From positions 89,218,001-89,282,000 of the forward strand of contig NC_043004.1 of the NCBI RefSeq assembly GCF_006345805.1: a stretch of 64,000 nucleotides of DNA, given 5' to 3'. Shown one piece after another: positions 39,919 through 52,891 of this stretch. Source of the stretch: Octopus sinensis. Lineage: Eukaryota. Under the pieces are notes generated by a model. It made no database searches, was not told the DNA's origin, and saw nothing but the letters and a program-made list of their open reading frames with translations. A program made the position numbers and the translations under genes. Each line of letters opens with the position of its first letter. Position 1 is the stretch's first letter.

Positions 39919-40300
39919 TGTGTGTGTGTGAGTGTGTGCATATATACATATGTATATGTACATACTTACATCTATATGTATATATATACATATGTGGGCA
40001 CAGGATGTCATGAAACATGTACAACAAAAATACAAGGTATGAGTACATAGAATATGAACTATTTTCAAATAACAAAAGACACAAATGGAAAAAAGACAAC
40101 AACATAAAGAACGACCCTTCATCAGTTGTTGGCTGTTTTTCTACTCTCGTATTTTGAGCACTTAACAACAATATATGCTTTTGAGTATATCAGAGTGACC
40201 TAGGAACATGCTTTAATACAAGAAGAACAGCAACATCTTTTAATATCCATGTTTACTCCATGCTGTCATGTGTTTACTCCATGCTGTCATATATAGGTGT

Positions 40301-40334
<34 letters not shown>

Positions 40335-40710
40335 TGTGTGCATATATACATATGTATATGTACATACTTACATCTATATGTATATATATATACATATGTG
40401 GGCACAGGATGTCATGAAACATGTACAACAAAAAAATACAAGGTATGAGTACATAGAATATGAACTATTTTCAAATAACAAAAGACACAAATGGAAAAAA
40501 AGACAAACAACATAAAGAACGACCCTTCATCAGTTGTTGGCTGTTTTTCTACTCTCGTATTTTGAGCACTTAACAACAATATATGCTTTTGAGTATATCA
40601 GAGTGACCTAGGAACATGCTTTAATACAAGAAGAACAGCAACATCTTTTAATATCCATGTTTACTCCATGCTGTCATGTGTTTACTCCATGCTGTCATAT
40701 ATAGGTTGTG
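39895..40710. repeat. Near-perfect ~404 bp tandem duplication bounded by (GT)n
   Basis: caggatgtcatg at 40001 and 40405; the copies differ only in homopolymer or dinucleotide run length by eye. Confidence 0.9.
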
Positions 40711-41816
40711 TGTGTGTGTGTGTGCGTGTGTGTGTGTGTGTGCGTGTGTGTGTGCGTGTGTGTGTGTGTGGTCTTCTCTTTCTCTGTGACTGGCCACTTA
40801 CTTGGTAACCAGGTTGGGAAGGAAAGCATCTTGTTTTGTTCAATATCCTTTGACTCTTAAGAAGGTCTTCAAGATTTTTGTAGTCCCAGAGTGGATTTGG
40901 TTTAGTAGACAGAAACTAAAAGAAGCCCATCATATATATGAGTGTTTGTGTGTGTGTCTGTCTGTCTGTGCTTCTCCCCAATCAACGGTGTTGGTTTGCT
41001 TACATCCCTGTGACCTAGCAGTTTATCAAAAAAGACTAATAGAGTAAGTGCCAGGTTTGAATACAAAACAGCAAGTACTGGGGACAAAAGTTCTTCAAAG
41101 CTGTGCCCCAGCATGGTCGCAGTCTAATGAATGAAACAAGAAAAAGATAAAAGATTAAAGATATGTATTTGCCAAATTTGTATGCCTTCCACATCGGTTT
41201 CCATATATCATTTCATACCTTGATATTGAATGGACCAAGATACCTGTTGACATGTCATCACCATCATCATTATCATCATCAATATCAACATTGAACTTCC
41301 ATTTTTCATGCTGGCATGGGTTGGATGGCTTGACAGGAACTGGCAAAACCAGAAACCACACCAGGTTCCATAGTCTGTTTTGGCTAGGTCTCTACAGCTG
41401 AATATCTTTCCTAATGCCAACCACTTTACAGAGTGCCCTAGGTGCTTTTTATGTGGCGCCATCACCACGATCTTTTTTTTTTTAATTATTGATTTCTTAT
41501 GGTTGAAATCAGCACCAAATTTTTTCAAGGCAGGAGAAGGGGGCAGTGTAGTTGATTAAACTGAATCTAACATATTACTGGTATTTGTCTCATTGGTCCC
41601 AGAGATATAAAAGGCAAACCAACTTCTGTGAAACTTGAACTGAGAAAGTTGAAAGATGAAACTTAAATGACATAAGCCATTTTGTTTAAGACTACCGTTC
41701 TAGCCAACTCACCATTCTTCTTGTCTCCAAGAAATACATATGCATGCACACCCAAATACACAGCATGGAGAACGGACGTTAAACGACGATGTGTGTGTAT
41801 ATATATATATATACAT

Positions 41817-41878
<62 letters not shown>

Positions 41879-41910
41879 TTTATTTAAAGCAGCAGAAAAT
41901 TCAACAAAAT

Positions 41911-41948
41911 CTGTTACTCTGAGTTTCTCGTTGCCGTTCATCAGACAG
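41911..41948 (-). ncRNA. Hammerhead ribozyme family B, core-intact copy
   Basis: Minus strand: CTGT-CTGATGA-ACG/GCAA/CGA-GAAA-CTCAGAG-TA^ACAG; GNRA-capped stem II, ACTC/GAGT stem III. Confidence 0.75.
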
Positions 41949-41969
41949 TTTTGCTATATATATATATAT

Positions 41970-42342
41970 AGGTGCAGGAGTGGCTGTGTGATAAGAAGCT
42001 TGCTTCCCAACCACATGGTCATGGGTTCTCATCCCACTGCATGGCACCTTCAGCAAGTGTCTTCTGCTACAGACTAAGGTCAACCAAAGCATTGTGAGTG
42101 GATTTAGTATTTGGAAACCAAAAGGAGCCTGTCATATATATATATATATTATATATATATATATATGCATGCATGTATGTATTTGTCTATGTTTGTCCCC
42201 CAAACCACTGCTTAACAGTTCGGCAAAAGTGACTGATAGAATAAGACTAGGCTTACAAAGAATAAGTCCTGGGGTCGATTTGTTCAACTAAACGTGGTGC
42301 TCCAGCATGGCCGCAGTCAAAATGACTAAAACAAGTAAAAGA
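41970..42342 (+). mobile_element. SINE S1, diverged
   Basis: Head and tail present. Confidence 0.8.
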
Positions 42343-42456
42343 AAATAAACTTATATATATACACACACTCACACATATGCATACATATATATACATACAT
42401 ATACATACATATATTTATACATACATGTATACATACATACATATATTATATATATA

Positions 42457-42546
<90 letters not shown>

Positions 42547-42560
42547 TCATCATCATCATG

Positions 42561-42657
<97 letters not shown>

Positions 42658-43102
42658 CACAAACATGTGTGTGTGTATGTGTGTGAGTATGTGTTTAGCA
42701 GCATCAGTACTATATGTGTATATATGCATGCATGTATGTATCCTGTTTTAGTCTAAAAACTTACAAATTCAGCTTTTATAATCATTGCTACTTAAATACG
42801 ATGCCGACTCATTAATGCATTAAAATTAAGTAATCTGATCAAGAAATGGAATCTAACAATAGAAATGTTCTGTCCAATAATGGGAAATAAAATATCTGAA
42901 GAACATCATGTTCTGTGTTCCTTTTACACATCTATTACAGCTCCAGCATCATTTTTAGTGCTTTAGAACATTCAGTTATTTTATTCAGTGAAGTCATTCT
43001 TTAGGTGTCGTTGCCTCCAGGCATCAGCAATCATAGATCTCCAGCTTCCTCCTTTCTCAAACACATAGCTTAGTAAGTTATTAGGTTATTTTTTTTTTCT
43101 GT

Positions 43103-43520
43103 AGGTGTAGGCATGGCTGTGTGGTAAGAAGCTTCCTTCCAAACCACATGGTTCTGGGTTCAATCCCACTGCATGGCACCTTGGGTAAGTATCTTCTACT
43201 CTAGCCTCAGGTCCACCAAAGCCTTGTCAATGGATTTGGTAGATGGAAACTGAAAGAAGCCCATCATGTATATGTGCGTGTGGGTGGGGGGGGGTGTATG
43301 TATGTATTTGTGTATCTGTGTTTGTCCCCCCCACCATCACTTGACAACCGATGTTGGTGTGTTTATGTCCCCATAACTTAGTGGTTCAGCAAAAGAAACC
43401 GATGGAATAAGTACTAGGCTTACAAAGAATAAGTCCTGGGGTCAATTTGTTCAACTAAAGGTGGTGCTCCAGCATGGCTGCAGTCAAAATGACTGAAACA
43501 AGTAAAAGAGCAAAAGAGTA
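43103..43520 (+). mobile_element. SINE S1, full length
   Basis: Head and tail present. Confidence 0.9.
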
Positions 43521-43629
43521 ATTGCTAAGGCTTTTAAATATCTCCACTCTCTCTCTCAGTCCCTCTCTCTCTTTCCATCTCTCCCTCTCTCCCTCTCTCT
43601 GCCTTCCTCGGTTTTGCTTTTCAATTTTC

Positions 43630-43935
43630 TGGTTGTCCCTTAGTGAAGGCACATGGTTTAGTGGTTAAGGTATTCAGCTCACATGTACAATGTCTTGAGT
43701 TCAATTCCCAATGGCGCGTTGTGCCCTTGAGTATTTGCTCCATTCCACACAGCTGGCAAAAATGAGTAGTACTTGTATTTCAAAGGGCCAACCTTGTCAC
43801 ATTCTATGTTACACTGAATCTCCCTGAGAACTACATTAAGGGTATGCATGTCAGTGGAGCATACAGCCACTTGCATGTTAATTTCACAAGCAGGTTGTTC
43901 CATTGATCTGATCAACTGAAACTCTTTTCAATGAA
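43630..43935 (+). mobile_element. SINE S5
   Basis: ggtttagtggttaagg..gagttcaattcc tRNA-like head; homologous to 13305-13850 and 51340-51580. Confidence 0.75.
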
Positions 43936-45154
43936 AACCACAAAGTGTCAAAGCTAAGTATTCAAGGCTCTGTCACAATTATATTATAGTAGCTGGCCCC
44001 GTGCCATCAAAAATGACAGCTAATTGTAGTATTTTATTTATAAATAAGGTACAAAATAAGGTACATAATCTCTTTTACTCTCTCTTTTACTTGTTTCAGT
44101 CATTTGACTGCAGCCATGCTGGAGCACCGCCTTTAGTTGAGCAAATCGACCCCAAGACTTATTCTTTGTAAGCCTAGTACTTATTCTTTTACCGAACCGC
44201 TAAGTTACAGGGATGTAAACACACCAGCATCAGTTGTCAAGCGTTGTCGGGGGGGGACAAACACAGACACACACACACACACACAAACATTCACATATCT
44301 TCCATTTACATACATACACATATACTCACACAGAGTTGAAATGCTGTTTGATTTTTTTTTAACAAAAGAATTTCCATCCTCCCACTACCAGTTTGCCATT
44401 ACCCCTTCCTTCCTAATTCATCTATCACCCTTTCCTTTCTCATTCATATGTTGTGACGGAGAAAACCACAAGAGTATTATTATAGTAAATCATATTATAC
44501 TGTATATTATATTGTATTATATTATATCATATCATATTATATTATATTGTTTTGTGTGATACAGACATGGTTGTTTAGTTAAGAAGTTTGTTTCTCAAGC
44601 ATGTGAATTTTGGGTTCAGTCCCACCGTGTGACACCTTGAGGAAGTGTCTTCTGCTTTAACCCTGGGTGAACCAAAGCCTTGTGAGTGAATTCAGAGGGT
44701 GGAAACTGTATGAAGTCTGTCACACATATTCATAGACAGGTACGTAGATAAAGATGTGTGTGTGTGTGTGTGTGTGTGTGCACATGCATGTGTCCCCTTG
44801 TCAGATTGTGCGACAGTTGTAAATGAGTGTCACTGTCATACAAGCAGTGTCACACATTATCAATATTCTGCAGAAACATTTCTGGTCATGGGAAAATTTT
44901 ACATTACTTGGAAACAAGAAAGAGTTTGCATCAGAGAGGACTTCAGATCATAACAAAATCTGCCTCGGTGAAGTCCATATGTTCCATGCAAGCATGGAAA
45001 AGGGGACAATACAACAACAGTGATGATGATGATGATGATATCTAAACAAACATACATGAATATATGTAAGTTACTACACACACACACACACATATACACA
45101 TTGTTACAAAAATAGGATCAGCCTCAAATCATTCACTTGTATCCCAACAACTTA

Positions 45155-45219
<65 letters not shown>

Positions 45220-45589
45220 GTGTGACACATAAAGTAACCCTAGAAGATTTTTAACCAAGCTGACAATTTAAAGGCAATGCAAGCAAGTGCTTAATCATAA
45301 CTATATTATATTAGAGTTAAAAGCTAAGGACAAAATAAATAATACTAGAAAAATACAGTAAGTACCTGCTTCATAATTATCGCTTTATAATTATAACAAT
45401 TAAAGCAAGAACTCTTGACTTCCTTTTAATTCTGTTGTTTCCAACAATACAATATTACTTTGAAAACAAAATATAAAAATTATTTTTATTTGTGTGTTTG
45501 TTTGTATGTTTCTCTAACAAATCTTTGTTCCCTAAATATTTTACATCCACCTTAACACACATTAACATTTTCTTTCTTTCAATGCTTAA

Positions 45590-45810
45590 CCTTTAAGCAT
45601 TTAGATCACTCTGTCAAATGTAATGCTTATTTATTCACCACTGTTTTGAATTAATCATGCATTATCTTGTAGCTTCGAGATTTCAATGATATGTTTGTTT
45701 ATCTTTAGAATGACATTGTAGGGCAGGTGCGAGATGCTGGATCTGCCCAGTTTGAACCTTAAACAAATAGAATACCTGGGCTGGATATGACCAACTAAAA
45801 TGCTAGCAAG
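45590..45810. mobile_element. Second piggyBac-like MITE family, diverged
   Basis: TTAA at 45586-89 and 45811-14; imperfect TIRs CCTTTAAGCATTT / AAATGCTAGCAAG. Confidence 0.6.
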
Positions 45811-46204
45811 TTAAGGCATGAAAATTAGGTCAAATATTTAGATCAACTTAAAACACAAAAATAACAATCTTTATTTCTATTTTGTTTATATTTCCGAAGT
45901 GGAAGTTAACCTAAATATGATTTCCTGCAATGCATTGTATATGAAATGTTAACTTAAATGCTTAGATCAACTTCCACATATACTATCAACTACTTCACAA
46001 CAATGTAAAGAGGGGTCCTCTATACAGTGCCATCTTAGGGCATGGAGATCCTAGGTAGTCGTCCAGGGCAGAGTCATGAGTCCAAGGAATCATCTCTTAA
46101 TCTATGTATAGTATGGTTGTATATGTTAAAGGTCCCAGAGCATTGCTTTGCACAGAAGTCTGTAAATCTGTGAAGTCAGACCTACCTCTATCTTATTTTC
46201 CTTC

Positions 46205-46442
46205 TTCTTCTTTTACTTATTTCAGTGATCAGACTGTGGCCATGCTGGGGCACTGCCTTGAAGAATTTTTCTTTTTTTAGTCAAATGAATGACTCGACCC
46301 CAGTACCTTTTCTTTTTTAAGTCTGGTACTTATTCTATTGGCCCCTTCTGCCAAACTGCTGAGTTATACGGATGCAAACACATCAACACCAGTTGTCAAG
46401 CAGCAGTGGGGGACAAATACAAACACAAAGACATACATACAG

Positions 46443-46473
<31 letters not shown>

Positions 46474-46680
46474 TGTATGTATGTATGTATGTATGTATGT
46501 ATGTATGCATGTATAGATATATATATATATGGCAAGCTTCTTTCAGTTTCCATCAACTAAATCCACTCACAAGGCTTTGGTTGGTCTCAAGCTACAGTAG
46601 AAGACACTGGCCCAAGGTGCCATGAAGTGGGACTGAACCCAGAATCATATGGTTGGGAAGCAAACTTCTTACCACACAGC
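46205..46680 (-). mobile_element. SINE S1
   Basis: Reverse complement of the S1 consensus with a (TATG)n core. Confidence 0.85.
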
Positions 46681-46784
46681 CTTTGTCAAAGATTTCCAAC
46701 CTTCTATATGTACCAAACCCTCAAAAAACATTTGATTAATTTTGGCATTCCTTACAAAAGTTATATCATATTCAAAGAGGAAAA

Positions 46785-47490
46785 AAATGCTTTCAGGAGT
46801 ATTTGGATAATTATCAGAAATCCCTGACCTGGCAGTGTTACAGGAATGCTTTACCTGTTCGTGATAAGTTATCCAGGCACAGAATGTCAGTGCCACCAAC
46901 ATGTCCAAGATGTGGGCTGGACGATGAAACTGTCCCGCACGCTTTTGTACATTGTCAGAAGCTTTCGGGCTTGATAGTTTACATTGAACACGTGTTGTCA
47001 CACCTAGGCAGAGTACAGCTATCAGCTGAATCTATGATAAAGATTGTGCTGCCCACTGGACTCTCAAAGGAAGGTGAGGCATGTTTTCTTCTGACAGTGG
47101 CAGTGTTGAAAGAGTGAGTTTAGAAGACTAGACTGCAAGGACTCATGACGGGAACCTTCATCTCTGACCCCGGATTGCTCACATTTTTCAGATATCATCT
47201 GAAAAGCAAGATAGAGCTGGAGAGGAGGCAACTGTCGCGAGGTGTGCTTGACAAAAGATGGAAGGCTGTGGTAAGAAAGGTGGGTGCAAGTGACCCTGCT
47301 TAATCTTCATGGAAAAGGAAAAGGTGTAGTCGCTGGACTCTTTAGCCCATCAAGTTTTACCCCCAAAACTGTCAAATTATATCATCCTAAATTTTTAAAA
47401 TTCAAGTATTATTCAAACTCATAACAATAATTGTTTGTATTGTCCTGTTTTGTCCCCTCTGTGTACGATAATAATTATCTTAATAAAAAA
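46785..47490 (+). mobile_element. Tx1/L1-clade LINE 3' fragment (C-terminal Cys-rich domain, 3' UTR, short poly-A)
   Basis: DNYQKSLTWQCYRNALPVRDKL..CPRCGLDDETVPHAFVHC; the frame continues past two stops (KE*V*KTRL) to TAA at 47301-47303; AATAAAAAA at about 47482-47490. Confidence 0.85.
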
Positions 47491-47513
47491 TTCACCTCTA
47501 GCCTAGCAATTAT

Positions 47514-47558
47514 TCTGTGCTGATGAAAGGAAATAACCCAGAAATCATGATACACAGA
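47514..47558 (+). ncRNA. Hammerhead ribozyme family D (weak stem II)
   Basis: TCTGTG-CTGATGA-AAGG/AAATAA/CCCA-GAAA-TCATGA-TA^CACAGA; 6 bp stem I, palindromic ATCATGAT stem III, only 2 WC pairs in stem II. Confidence 0.7.
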
Positions 47559-47814
47559 TATTGTTTTGAGCTGAGTGGAGTTGCTAGATTCCCTTGTTTA
47601 AAAATATAAGGACACAGATCACATCATATAGCCAGCTGGAGACGATGTTTCCTGGGGCTAAATTACAGCAACATTAGTCCTAGACCAGGACTGCCATGTT
47701 ATGTTGGTAAAGAATCTTTATCTCAGTAGAACTCTTGATTGATGGTCTGGCACTGAAGGAGGGATTTTCAATGCACAATACCACATTTCTGGGGGTTTCA
47801 CTCATAGCAGGTTT

Positions 47815-47995
47815 TCTAGATCACACATCGTTTCCAGGGAAGTTCTTCCACTTTTAAAACACCTGTGCCACTCAAAACATTGTGTATGAGCTCATTGCCT
47901 CATTGCCATAAGCTTGCTGAAGCATACTCAATATCTCTGTAACAGACTTCCCAAGTTTAACGCAAAATTTCACATTGGCTCTTTGTTCCAACCAC
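47815..47995 (-). mobile_element. Mariner transposase N-terminal (HTH) fragment
   Basis: LEQRANVKFCVKLGKSVTEILSMLQQAYGNEAMS, then after a frameshift FEWHRCFKSGRTSLE. Confidence 0.85.
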
Positions 47996-48460
47996 CTGAC
48001 CAGGGTGCCACGAGACATTATCATCATCATCATCATTTTTTCAATCATCATCATCATAATTACCAAGAGTAGGTTAATTTTTTTATGAAAAACATTTTAA
48101 GCACTTTCCCTGTATGCTGTACCCCACCCCCTATGGTATATGGGCATCTCAGTCAGGGGATGCCTGCTCTATGCAGCCAACCCTTCAAATTACATCCAGT
48201 TTTCAAAAAAAAGGTAGGTTGGTCATGGCAGGAATGCTTTTAATTAAAAATCTGTTCACTCATGATTGACAGGGGTCAAACAGAAACTGCTCCATTAACT
48301 AACAAGAAAGCCTTTATGCTAAAAACATCAACAAAATCTCATTGAAATCATGCTCAAAAATTTTTTCAAAACAAAGGACCTCGTTGGATCATGAAATCCT
48401 GATTAAATCAACCAGTGGAGCCCTTCCTTTTTCTACGTTTGAGGAAAAAACGGTCAGGAG

Positions 48461-48865
48461 TAGGCATAGGTGTGGATGTGTGGTAAGTAGCTTGCTTATG
48501 AACCACATGGATCCGGGTTCAGCCCCATTGTGAGGCACCTTGGGTAAGAGTCTTCTACTATAGCCTCAGGCCAACCAAAGCCCTGTGAGTGGATTTGGTA
48601 GATGGAAACTGAAAGAAGCCCATCATATATATGTGTATATATATATATATATGTATGTGTTTGTGTATCTGTCTTTGTCCACCCCAACATCGCTTGACAA
48701 CTGATGCTGGTGTGTCTATGTCCCTGTAACTTAGCGGTTCAGCAAAAAGAAACCGATAGAATAAGTACTAGGCTTACAAAGAATAAGTCCTGATGTTGAT
48801 TTGCTCAACTAAAGGTGGTGCTCCAGCATGGCCACAGTCAAATGACTGAAACAAGTAAAAGAGTC
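48461..48865 (+). mobile_element. SINE S1, full length
   Basis: Head and tail present. Confidence 0.9.
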
Positions 48866-50139
48866 GGATGATTATGGCCAGATTGTCTTTAATTACAGGA
48901 CTGTTTGTTTTCAACCAGGACTGACCTGGAACCAGATAACAACAACTTTGCTACACACATGTAAACATTGGTGTAAACATACAGATAAACATCTATACAT
49001 ATTAGCCTCACAGTTATAATCAACAGGATGAAAAATTAGCCTAAATATTTTAATTAACTTTCAGACCCTCTAATAATCTCACCACCACATCTGACATGTG
49101 AACATTAGCCTAATTTTCTTTAATTAACTTTCACACATATTAAAACATCTTCAAATATTTCTACTATGTTTAGATCAGCTTTCACACATAATGCTCTTTT
49201 CGTACGTTTGTAGCTAGGCTCAAATTTGTTATGAGATTAACCCAACAATGGAATCTTTTACATGATCATTCCATGTAAGAAATAGCAGCCAAGTCTCTAC
49301 TGAATTGTACTCTGCTATCTTAAAAATGGAAGAACACAAGAGTTAAATTGATCCCTGTGATGCAAAAAAATTAGACAGTCATAGGAATGGCTGTGTAGTA
49401 AGTAGCTTGCTTACGAACCACATTGTTCCAGGTTCAGTCCCACTGTGTGGTACCTCGGGCAAGTGTCTTCTTCTATAGCCTCGGGCCAACCAAAGCCTTG
49501 TGGTCAGATTTGGTAGACGGAAACTGAAAGAAGCCCATTGTATATATGTATGTATGTATGTATATATATAACATCATCATCATCATCATCGTTTAATGTC
49601 CACTTTCCATGCTAGCATATATATATGTGTGTGTGTGTGTATGTATGTGTGTGTGTATATGTATGTGTGTCTGTGTTTCTCCCCCCCCCCACCAACATTA
49701 CTTGACAACCAATGCTGGTGTGTTTATGTCCCTTTAACTAAAGGCAGTGCTCCAGCATGGCCACAGTCAAATGACTGAAACAAGTAAAAGAGAGTCATGG
49801 CAAGTATCCTCATCACTAACAATGCCACTAGTATATCTCATAGTTGTAGCAACACCATCCTCACTACCAAAGTCACAAAAATTAACGACAAAATCATTGC
49901 TATTATGACAATGACAGAACCCATACATTGTTGATTTCTATGCAAGAAATAACAACCAAATCTTTGGCAAATCACAACTTACTAACTTTAAAAAAAGATG
50001 AATATATCGCATAAAGTAGTTTGAGATAAAATATATCTGAAAAGACAAGATGGTCAAGGCTAGGATGTCTTTGACCAAAGGTCAGTTTGATGAGGACTGA
50101 CCCAGGGCTTAACATCAACAACAACAAAATCCATATCAC

Positions 50140-50810
50140 TGCAACTTACATTGCTAAAAATTAACATTATCAACACTTAATAAAAATTACTATTATTAGC
50201 ATTACCCAAAAAAACTTAGCAACTGTCATTGTCCCTACTGCTAGCTTTACTAAGCACTAACATTAGTAAAGACACCATCATCACAGCCAAGATTAGCAAC
50301 AAGCACCGTCACCACTACTGATATTACTAAAATCCAACATTAGCAACAACCATTATCATTACCATTAAGAATATTACTATAAAAATTATTAGCAACTATC
50401 ATTATTACTGCTGTAAGCATTATTAAAAATCAACATTTGCAACAACACCTCCACAACTGAGATTAGCAACACCTATTATCCCTACTACTAACATTACTAA
50501 AAACCAACATCAACAACAATTACTGTCACCATTACTAACATTTCAAACAAACATTAGCAATAACCATCACCGCTACTAACTTTACTAAAAAAGAAAACAT
50601 TAGCAACAACAACCATCACCCCTATTTACATTACTAAAAACCAACATTAGCAATAACAAGCTTCACCGCTATTAAAATTACTAAAAGACCAACATTAGCA
50701 GCAACAACTATCACCTCTATTTGCATTACTAAAAATCAATATTAGCAACAACAGTCATCACCACCATTAACATTACTAAAAAAGAACGGCATTTGCAACA
50801 ACAACCATCA
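50140..50810. repeat. Diverged ~47 bp minisatellite (AACCAACATTAGCAACAACAACCATCACCACTATTAACATTACTAAA)
   Basis: ATTAGCAA and ATTACTAAAA recur at roughly 45-49 bp spacing. Confidence 0.8.
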
Positions 50811-50924
50811 TCCTTTTAAACTGGTACTCCATTACGAGGACAAAGGTTACGAGGACAAAGGTTCCTGTTGATCCACAGCCTGCTTGTGGAATTAATGTGC
50901 AAGTGGCTACAGTCAAGTGCAAGT

Positions 50925-51340
50925 AGGTGCAGGAGTGACTATGTGGTAAGTAGCTTGCTTACCAACCACATGGTTCCAGGTTCATTCCCATTGTGTGGCA
51001 CCTTGGGCAAGTGTCTTCTACTATAGCCTCGGGCCGACCAAAGCCTTGTGAGTGGATTTGGTAGACAGAAACTGAAGGAAGCCCGTCATAAATATGTATA
51101 TATGTATGTGTGTATATGTTGTGTGACTGTGTTTGTCCCCCCAACATCGCTTGACAACCGATGCTGGTGTGTTTACATCCCCGTAACTTAGCAGTTTGGC
51201 AAAAGAGACCAATAGAATAAGTACTAGGCTTACAAAGAATAAGTCCTGGGGTCGATTTGCTTGACTAAAGGCAGTGCTCCAGCATAGCCACAGTCAAATG
51301 ACTGAAACAAGAGAGTAAAAGGAGTAAAAGAGAGTAAAAG
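50925..51340 (+). mobile_element. SINE S1 inserted into a minus-strand S5 copy (50820-51580)
   Basis: S5 sequence resumes at aagtggctgagcactcc; aagtggct is present on both sides. Confidence 0.85.
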
Positions 51341-51799
51341 GAAAAGTGGCTGAGCACTCCACTGACACATGTACCCTTATTGTAGTTCTTAGGGAGATCC
51401 AGCATGACAAAGAATGTGACAAGGCTGGCCCCTTTTGAATTACAGGTACTACTCATTTTTGCTAGCTGATTGGACTGGAGTAACGTGAAATAAAGTGTCT
51501 TATGCAATGGCACAACACTTTACCAGGAATTGAACTCTCAGCCTTACAAACATGAACTGATTACCTTAACCACTAAACCACGTAACTTTATTAACATTAC
51601 CGACACTACCAACACTAAATAAACACTATCAACAACCACAATCACCAGCACTATCATCACTAAAAAAACATTAGCAACATCACTATCACACTAACCAATG
51701 TTAGCAATGACCACCATCATCACCTGCTGCCAATCCTGCCAAAACCAACAACAGCAGCAGCACAATAACTAACACCACTCACAACACCAAACAACTATA

Positions 51800-52025
51800 T
51801 ATTTCTTTACTACCCACAAGGGGCTAAACACAGAGAGGACAAACAAAGACAGACAAACGGATTAAGTAGATTACATCGACCCCAGTGCGTAACTGGTACT
51901 TAATTTATCGACCCGAAAGGATGAAAGGCAAAGTCGACCTCGGCGGAATTTGAACTCAGAACGTAACGGCAGACGAAATACCGCTAAGCATTTCGCCCGG
52001 CATGCTAACGATTCTGCCAGCTCGC
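51800..52025 (-). mobile_element. SINE S3, young-looking copy (CpGs retained)
   Basis: Near-consensus with many intact CpG. Confidence 0.9.
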
Positions 52026-52059
52026 CAACAACAGTGATGATGTCATCACCACCACCACA

Positions 52060-52238
<179 letters not shown>

Positions 52239-52636
52239 GCCATTCCGAAACATCATTACCGGGTCAAGAGATTTTCATAAAAGTTGCCTCATTAGCTGAG
52301 GTTTTATGAAGTTGATTCATTTTGTTGTTCTGGGTAAATTAATAGCAGATGTATGAGATCAAAACATCCAGACACACCGTTTGTGTGTGTGTGTGCGCGC
52401 ACGTGTGTGTGTGTGTGTGTGGTGACAAAAACAAATAAACATGGAGTTATTGGAATTATATAAAAAACATGCTATTTAATACATACATATATAAATATTT
52501 ATATATATACACACACATACACACATATATACACATACATGTGTGTGTGTGTGTGCTGAAATATTGTATATGTAGGTATAATGATGCATATATGTGTGTG
52601 TGTGTCTGTGTGTGTGTGTGTGCATATATGCATGTG

Positions 52637-52691
<55 letters not shown>

Positions 52692-52807
52692 CATATTTGT
52701 TACATCTCATACATATGCATGTGTGTGTAAATATCAGCAGCAGCAGCATCATCATCATTATTCAACATCCATATTCAATACTGGTGTTTAAACATACATA
52801 CATATGT

Positions 52808-52846
<39 letters not shown>

Positions 52847-52850
52847 TGTG

Positions 52851-52891
<41 letters not shown>

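Noticed and set aside
40110-40170. Minus-strand CTGATGA with an upstream ATAC-GAGA-GTAG hairpin (possible permuted hammerhead; duplicated at about 40.5 kb)
   Set aside because: GAAA reads AAAA, there is no A-U closing pair and no stem I
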